Source: Corynebacterium sp. (lineage in GTDB: Bacteria; Actinomycetota; Actinomycetes; Mycobacteriales; Mycobacteriaceae). From it: a DNA stretch of 64,000 bases. Position 1 is the first letter of the stretch, and each line of letters begins with the position of its first letter. Position numbers and translations under genes: made by a program. The notes under the pieces are model-generated. The model did no database searches. It worked only from the letters and a program-made list of their open reading frames with translations, and had not been told where the DNA came from. Shown here one piece after another: positions 57,860-64,000 of the stretch. The DNA lies in assembly GCA_030527885.1 (NCBI GenBank), contig JAUMZY010000008.1, positions 620 to 64,619 of the forward strand. The letters are read 5' to 3'.

Positions 57860-58564
57860 GTGATTCTACATAACACCACTGAGCCGCCAGCCCCAGCTAG
57901 GCGCCGGCGGCGTTCTTCCACACCTAAAAAACGATTTTGGGTACTGAAAAATAAATCCCCAAAGCATGCACAAACTGATAATAGTCGGCGTAACACCAAA
58001 GACGAATTAGGCCGCCCAGAAACCGTCGTGCTGGCGGTTAAAGCATGGGCTTTTACCTTATTCTTTGAGGTGATCCATCAAATCATCATCATCATAAAGA
58101 AAATCCTCAATAGGGAAGAAGAAGCACACCAGTTAATTGAACAAATGAAAGAAACTGGTGGCCAGCAAATCAGCACCGACGCCACGCTGCAGCTTCGCGT
58201 TGTTGTGTTCAGCATCATTTTAGGGGCAGTGGCAATTGCCTTTGTTGGTGTTATTTTCGCACTCGTAAATAGCTTCAATAAAGCTACTAAACGGGCGTTT
58301 TTAGCGCGCCGGGCGTTGGCGTATTATGGCTTATTTTTAGGGTTGCGAATAGTCATTATTTTCAGTGAAACCCCTGCGAATTCCCTCCCCATTGCGCTGT
58401 TTGCAATTGACGGTGCGATCGCCATTACTGTGGGGGTTATTGCACTGGTGGCGGTTGTTTTAGGGGCGCGTGATGATTCACTGAAGTGGGTGGGTGAAAC
58501 CCCTGTGGGGTTCTCCCCGCCACCAACTGGGCAGGATGAAAAGAAAGACTCACGCAAAAAATAA
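57860..58564 (+). CDS. Hypothetical 4-TM membrane protein
   Basis: Open frame after a GAAAGGA RBS; basic N-terminus and four hydrophobic segments. Start codon uncertain. Confidence 0.65.
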   Translation: MILHNTTEPPAPARRRRRSSTPKKRFWVLKNKSPKHAQTDNSRRNTKDELGRPETVVLAVKAWAFTLFFEVIHQIIIIIKKILNREEEAHQLIEQMKETGGQQISTDATLQLRVVVFSIILGAVAIAFVGVIFALVNSFNKATKRAFLARRALAYYGLFLGLRIVIIFSETPANSLPIALFAIDGAIAITVGVIALVAVVLGARDDSLKWVGETPVGFSPPPTGQDEKKDSRKK

Positions 58565-58862
58565 CAAGTGGTGATTGGGGAAGCTGAGTGCTATTGTCCA
58601 GCTCTTACGCCAATCACCATATTTTATTGGCTATCACCATGATTAATGGCGTAGTGCCATAATGGCGGTATAACATGAGCCACCATTGTTGGTGGCCGGG
58701 ATCCTGGCTGATTACTAGAAGTCTGACACATCAGGGCATACCTGATACGTCGGTTCATTTAGTGCAGCAGATTCTGGTTCAAGCTTGGTTTGATCTTAGT
58801 GTGATGGCTTCAATCAAACACCACATGTCACATTCTGGTAGTCGGCGGGAAAGGATGACACC

Positions 58863-61499
58863 ATGGCGGAAACCCCAGAGGCAGCACACGTTTCGGATTC
58901 TGCCGATGATAAATCACAAGTAACATACACCTCTGTATCTAGTGCTATATCGCAGGCGAAGCGGGCAGCTGAAAGCGCTGGCATCAACACCAATGACATC
59001 AGTTTGCAGGATTCCGCCGAAGACCCATCCCTGGGCCGCACATCATTTGCGTTTGAGCTTTGTGGGTTGGACAGCGCAACTAGTGTTGGTGAAATCGAGG
59101 AAGCCCTAGAGCAACTTGGTGGGGTTAAAGCCCGAATTGTGTATACCTCGCACATGGCGTGGATTACCGCTAACCGGGGCGTTGAGATTCAAACGTTAGT
59201 GGATGTGTTTCACCGCTATGGCATAGAGGCGAATCTTACTGATTCGTCACTGCGCCGCCGCATGGCATGGTCTGATGTGGAGGAAGGCCGGCATAGGAGG
59301 TCACGTCGGCGCCGGCGTCGGAAACTTCTTGCTACTCAACGCTTTTTACATAAACAGGCTGCGGAAGAAGAAAAGCAGCTAGAGCATCTGCGTAAAGCTG
59401 GGTTTCTGGATGGGGTCGAACACAGGTTCGTCCACAAAGAACCCACAGATGTGCTGTTTACTGCCCGCACATTGATTACCAAGTGGCGGCTACTTGTTAG
59501 CCTCATTCTGACCATCCCGGTGCTGCTGATTTGTTACTTACCAGGCTGGCAGTTTAACTATTGGCAATGGTTGCTGGCGCTTTTAAGCCTGCCAGTGGTG
59601 ACATATAGTGCCTACCCATTCCATCGGGCCTTTATTGGCGGGCTGCGCCGCGGTATGTCTGCCTTGGATGGCGCAAGCTCCATGGCGATCCTGCTTGCTT
59701 ATGTATGGTCAGTCATGTTGATGATCTTCACTGATGTAGGAAATGCTGATTACCGCGTTGATTCTGATTTATTTGCGATTGAACTAGCGGGGTTTGTCAA
59801 TGGGGCATTATTCTTCGATGTCGCATGCGTCATGACGGTGTTTTTGCTGTTCGGGCGGATTTATGCTCGGAAAAGTCGGGCAAGTTTAGCAATGGAATTG
59901 GAGCAGTATAAACCAGTCCCCAACAGTACTATCACCGTGGTGAAGAAGGGCCGCAAGAACGGCAAGGCCACGGAACAAGAGGTGCCAATTCAGAAATTAA
60001 ATGTGGGTGATGATGTCATTGTGCCTGCTGGTGCAGTCATCCCAGTTGATGGTGTGGTTATTGGTGGTTCCGCAACCATTGATGCCCACATTCTTGGATT
60101 GGGCCAGATAACAGCCAAGGTCAATGGCAAAGTGTACGCAGGGTGCGTCAATGGTGAAAAGGCCCTAAAAATCCGCGTGATTGCCACTGGCCACCGCACA
60201 TGGTTGGCTGCTGTGTATCGGTGGGTAGCTATTTCCTCGTTAAATCAGGATCATTCTGATGCCCTTGCTACCAAAACCGCATCCTTTTTAGTGCCAACAG
60301 CCACAGCCATTGCTTTCATTGACTTCAGCCTGTGGGCGTTGGCCACCAATAATATCAATCAGGCATTTGCTACTGCCTTGGCTATTTTGGGGTGCGTTGC
60401 GCCGGTGTCTTTGGCTGTGTCTGCGTCGGTTGCCATGCGGCAAGGTATTGAAAATGCTGCACGCAAGGGGGCGCTTATTCGAGATGCCAAAATTGTTCGT
60501 AAGCTGGACCGCGTAGACACCATCATTTTTAACCGCGTGGGTGCCTTGAGTGAAGGCGAAATGACAGTGGAAACCGTTACCGCTGGGCGTGGTGAAAATC
60601 CCGATCTTGTGCTGCGGGTGGCAGGCGTGTTGACGCTTGAATCTGATCATCCGGTTTCTCGTGCCTTAGTCCGGGCTGCCCGCGAATCACGCGACTCGTC
60701 CAGTGATAGTTCTATCCCGGGTTGGATTGAAGTCAGCCAAATTGAGGTTGATGAACTTGGCAGTTTTACGGGGATCATTGAGATCCCCGTGCAGGACTCT
60801 GATGGCAAGGTGGAAAACCGAAGTGTGGAAGCAAAGCTGTGGCGTCCCCGGAATCTTTCGGATCTCCAGGGTCGACTAGCTGCCGCTGCCGTTTCGGGGG
60901 GTACCCCTTTGGTGGTGTGGTGGAAAGGCAAAGATCGGGGTGTTATCACGCTGCATGACGACGCCAAGCCGGATGCGACTCGTTCGGTGGACGAGCTGGA
61001 ATCAATGGGCATCGAAACCATGATGCTCAGTCGAGACACCTATCCAGTGGCCCGACGCTATGGCGATTCCGTGGGTGTGTCCCATGTTCTAGCCGGGATT
61101 CAGCCAGGGCAGAAAGAACAAACCGTCCGGCGCGTGCACAACCACGGTGCCATCGTTGCCATGGTTGGCGATGACAGCGTTGATGGTTGCTTCCGCGTTG
61201 CCACCGTGGGGATCATGGTTGGGGCCATGAATAGTCTGCCTAACCCCTCCCATCTAGAAGACACCGCAGCTGATGTGGTGTTGCTTGACAGTAAAACCAG
61301 CCCAATTCCGTGGTTATTTTCCGGTGCGCGACGCATGAACCGGTTGATTCGATACAACTTGCTCTTAGCCTGGTTGTATAACTGCATTGCAATTACAGCC
61401 GCATGTTTGGGGTTGTTGCACCCCATGTTGGCAACGGTAATGATGTTGGCTTCGTCATTGCTGATCGAATTCCGGTCTATATGGGCACGCACTTTCTGA
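58863..61499 (+). CDS. P1B-type ATPase-like protein with degenerate catalytic motifs
   Basis: P1B architecture (HMA-like domain, TM helices, IPVDG, ESDHP, AMVGD), but DKTGT reads NRVGA and CPC reads CVAP. Confidence 0.8.
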   Translation: MAETPEAAHVSDSADDKSQVTYTSVSSAISQAKRAAESAGINTNDISLQDSAEDPSLGRTSFAFELCGLDSATSVGEIEEALEQLGGVKARIVYTSHMAWITANRGVEIQTLVDVFHRYGIEANLTDSSLRRRMAWSDVEEGRHRRSRRRRRRKLLATQRFLHKQAAEEEKQLEHLRKAGFLDGVEHRFVHKEPTDVLFTARTLITKWRLLVSLILTIPVLLICYLPGWQFNYWQWLLALLSLPVVTYSAYPFHRAFIGGLRRGMSALDGASSMAILLAYVWSVMLMIFTDVGNADYRVDSDLFAIELAGFVNGALFFDVACVMTVFLLFGRIYARKSRASLAMELEQYKPVPNSTITVVKKGRKNGKATEQEVPIQKLNVGDDVIVPAGAVIPVDGVVIGGSATIDAHILGLGQITAKVNGKVYAGCVNGEKALKIRVIATGHRTWLAAVYRWVAISSLNQDHSDALATKTASFLVPTATAIAFIDFSLWALATNNINQAFATALAILGCVAPVSLAVSASVAMRQGIENAARKGALIRDAKIVRKLDRVDTIIFNRVGALSEGEMTVETVTAGRGENPDLVLRVAGVLTLESDHPVSRALVRAARESRDSSSDSSIPGWIEVSQIEVDELGSFTGIIEIPVQDSDGKVENRSVEAKLWRPRNLSDLQGRLAAAAVSGGTPLVVWWKGKDRGVITLHDDAKPDATRSVDELESMGIETMMLSRDTYPVARRYGDSVGVSHVLAGIQPGQKEQTVRRVHNHGAIVAMVGDDSVDGCFRVATVGIMVGAMNSLPNPSHLEDTAADVVLLDSKTSPIPWLFSGARRMNRLIRYNLLLAWLYNCIAITAACLGLLHPMLATVMMLASSLLIEFRSIWARTF

Positions 61500-61538
61500 T
61501 GCGCCAATAGCTCGGGCGATGTAAAGAGTGGTTGTGGT

Positions 61539-61571
61539 GTGAGGCATCACGGGATTTGGTGATGCCTTCAC
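61539..61571. terminator. Hairpin between convergent genes
   Basis: GTGAGGCATCAC-GGGATTTG-GTGATGCCTTCAC. Confidence 0.6.
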
Positions 61572-61653
61572 GGCTTTAGTCGCAACAATACTGGCCCAAA
61601 ATCACCCCCGATTGGTATTTTATGCCACGCGGCACGCCCGACGCCTTAACCTC

Positions 61654-62508
61654 TCAAGCCACTTGTTTCACTTGCGTATCAACCGCGGCTAATCCCAGTT
61701 CAGTCAGCTGATCAAGGAGCGTACACCGTGCCTGACTCACCAGGCTCTGAAGCCCAGCGGTATCTTGAACCGTGAATGTGCCCAACCCATCAATCACAAG
61801 ATTTCCCTTGTGGTCAGCAATACCAAGCAGTGCAATTGGTGGATTAACCAAATGCGTCACACGCTGGTACAGGAAGTCCTACACCGGCTGTTTCGCTCGG
61901 TGTACAGCAGCTGTAATCTGCTGACGAAAATCCGGCGCATGCTCGTTTGACACCCGCAACGTAATTTCTGCACAACCATCAGGCAACTCCGCCAAAACTG
62001 CTGGTTTGGTTTTGTTAGCTTGGGCCTCAGCCCGTTTTTCTGCTTGCGCTGCGGCTTTCTCACGTGCCACCTCATCAACTTCCAACCGCGCCTGAACAAG
62101 CGCAGTACGCAAGGCACTGGTGCTCACCCAATCAGCCTCACTACATAGCGCGTGCAGCCGTGGTTTTAACTGCTTGAGCTGCGCGGTTGTTAATCCACTG
62201 AGTTGCTTGCCGACGATAACCAACCGAGCGATATCAATGGTGCCATTCTTGGTAATCGCGCTGCACACAGTAGGGTAGCGCCGCAACACATGAGCAGCAG
62301 TGATGAGATGGCCGGCATGGGCTTTGGTCACCCCAAAAGTGTCCATGATGATGCTGCGTAAGGCATCCTGATCTGGATTCACCTTTGACCGAGTGATGTC
62401 CAACAAATGAGTGAAAGCGGCCCGGTTATAGTTGCGGGTTGCTGTCATGAAATTGGGGGTTGATTGATGAGTCTTCTGAGTGCACCGACTGCGCTGACGA
62501 TGGGACAT
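61654..62508 (-). pseudogene. HNH-less DUF222-like protein (paralogue B), interrupted by an in-frame TAG at 61879-61881
   Basis: AGGAG RBS. QPV*DFLYQRV aligns with QDVSDYLYHHV of paralogue A, and similarity continues in frame to 61654. Confidence 0.7.
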
Positions 62509-62589
62509 GATGGAAGCTCCTAGGTTCCATAGTGGGAATGATGGTGAAAGCCATGAATGGCGTGCTGAGAGCATCGAAAAGCGAAAGCT

Positions 62590-63780
62590 CTAGCTCGGGA
62601 AATCAGTGTCAAAATCGTGGAATAGTTGATCCTGCGGCTTCATGTGGATCCGGGGCATTTTGCGAAGAAGCTCAAGGATATTTTGGTGCAGCGACCCGTC
62701 TTCGGTGATGAAACAAGCCGCAGACGTCGCATCGCTGATGGTGGAAGCATCGACGACACGGCTGACGGTTCTGACACTGAAATCACTGGCGTCACTTCCG
62801 TTCCTGGCGGCATACTTTGAGTCATTGCGCTGCAAACTCGCCGCATAATTTGACAGTTGCTTGCCCAGTTCATCAAGGTCAGGCGCACATTCTGGCTCGC
62901 CAATAACATCCGCAACCCCATAACCAAGACAAGAAAGCACATCTGTCAGATTGTGCGTTAGTGGGATCGCCCCCACGATGGCCTTGCCAAATAATGCCTG
63001 GAACTGCGCCAAAAATTCTGTTTCCAACTCCGTCTGCTCATCCTGCTCAAGCGTGAGCGCAAACGCCCGTGCGGTCGCCACACCAGGCAAAAATGCCAGC
63101 GTAATTTCCGACAAATACTGAACCGAATCAGCCATTTCCTCAGCAGTAATCGAAAGACTTGCAGCCCGGCTAGCCACAGTATTAATAGCCTGGTAAACTT
63201 CCGAAACAACCTCACCAACATTGTCATCCCGCAGGTCCGCGGCAATGTCATGGAGCTCCTCGGAAACCTGCTGCGCGATTGTCGAAAGCAACCGCCAAGA
63301 ACTCAACGCATGTTGCGCCTGAACATGATCAGTATCGGTGAGCTGATGAACCAGCTCATCAAGTGACGTGGGCGTGGTCAGCTCTGGCTTAGGAAAAATA
63401 AAATCCTCCACACGTGGTAACAGATTCGGGTTGTGTCGCGTGTAGTAGTACTTGACCAATTGCAAGATATTGCCTGATGACGGGGGCTTACTGGGGCTAT
63501 GATTCTGGCCCAAAAATGCCCTTGGATCCCCCTCTAGATTGCGGCGGCACCAAGCCACTCGCGCAGCCAGCGACTGCGCGATGATCAGTGCGCTTCCGGG
63601 ACTGCCATGCAGCACGCGACCATGGGTTTTGCCCAGTTCGCTGAGCTCCGGCAACCCGGAATACGAGGCGTCAAGCGTGTTGCTACTAGCAGTTGTGATC
63701 ATGGATTGGATGAGGTCATCGACTTTTTTCAATCGTTCTACTCCTCGGGCAGCGGATGCCGCACTGATGGTAAAACTCAT
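62590..63780 (-). CDS. Hypothetical helical protein, PPE-like/type VII substrate-like corynebacterial family
   Basis: AGGAG RBS before MSFTIS. LG..HG.VL.G..GSA, W..L and Ala-rich helical segments resemble corynebacterial PPE-like proteins (from memory, not searched). Confidence 0.5.
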   Translation of the reverse strand: MSFTISAASAARGVERLKKVDDLIQSMITTASSNTLDASYSGLPELSELGKTHGRVLHGSPGSALIIAQSLAARVAWCRRNLEGDPRAFLGQNHSPSKPPSSGNILQLVKYYYTRHNPNLLPRVEDFIFPKPELTTPTSLDELVHQLTDTDHVQAQHALSSWRLLSTIAQQVSEELHDIAADLRDDNVGEVVSEVYQAINTVASRAASLSITAEEMADSVQYLSEITLAFLPGVATARAFALTLEQDEQTELETEFLAQFQALFGKAIVGAIPLTHNLTDVLSCLGYGVADVIGEPECAPDLDELGKQLSNYAASLQRNDSKYAARNGSDASDFSVRTVSRVVDASTISDATSAACFITEDGSLHQNILELLRKMPRIHMKPQDQLFHDFDTDFPS

Positions 63781-64000
63781 GATGTTTCTCCTGTAGTGGT
63801 TTGCGCCCCACCCTGCATACGGTACGGATGCACGAGGTAGCGCATAGGGGTGGCACACTGGTGGCTGTTGCAGAGCATCAGTGTGGAAAGCGATTTGTGC
63901 CTTCATATAGTTGGACTGGTTGGAGCATGATTTCGGGCAGGTAAAAATACAGAAAATTTTTATGATTTACATCACACATAATTGTGGTGGTGGCGCGGGC

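Overview
This window is core-chromosome DNA of a Corynebacterium. The evidence is a mycoloyltransferase, mshA, LmeA, the three-subunit sdhCAB, and gene order matching the C. glutamicum cg03xx-cg05xx and M. tuberculosis Rv0480-Rv0512 regions. Left third: mrpA (runs off the left edge), a YhgE/Pip-like protein, OPT transporter, adenylate cyclase, holB, tRNA-Thr(CGT), a VOC/MarR/DUF3037 accessory patch and a cell-wall sugar cluster (epimerase, fadD, dsbA, DUF2304, two GT2, rmlA, rmlCD, rmlB). Middle: a frameshifted flippase-like gene, cmt1, lpdA, sdhCAB, DUF445/DUF2516/deoC-like, lmeA, murB, fadD, mshA, SDRs and an aldehyde dehydrogenase. Right third: gpmA, ppx, proC, bS22, hemA-C-D-B, a motif-degenerate P1B-ATPase and two hypothetical genes. 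I saw no CRISPR array, integrase or intact IS. Top second-look signals: (1) an 11-mer GCTTNTCGACG present at least 18 times, in both orientations and several reading frames; (2) an unannotated 39-aa PorA/ProtX-like ORF divergent from the cmt1 mycoloyltransferase; (3) two paralogues of an HNH-less DUF222-like family, one with an in-frame TAG; (4) a multi-stem RNA leader before the bS22 gene; (5) three probable pseudo-enzymes; (6) missing ramB and senX3-regX3 at their usual sites; (7) patchy CA/GT strand skew that flips inside genes. All assignments were made by eye from motifs and remembered synteny; no searches were run.
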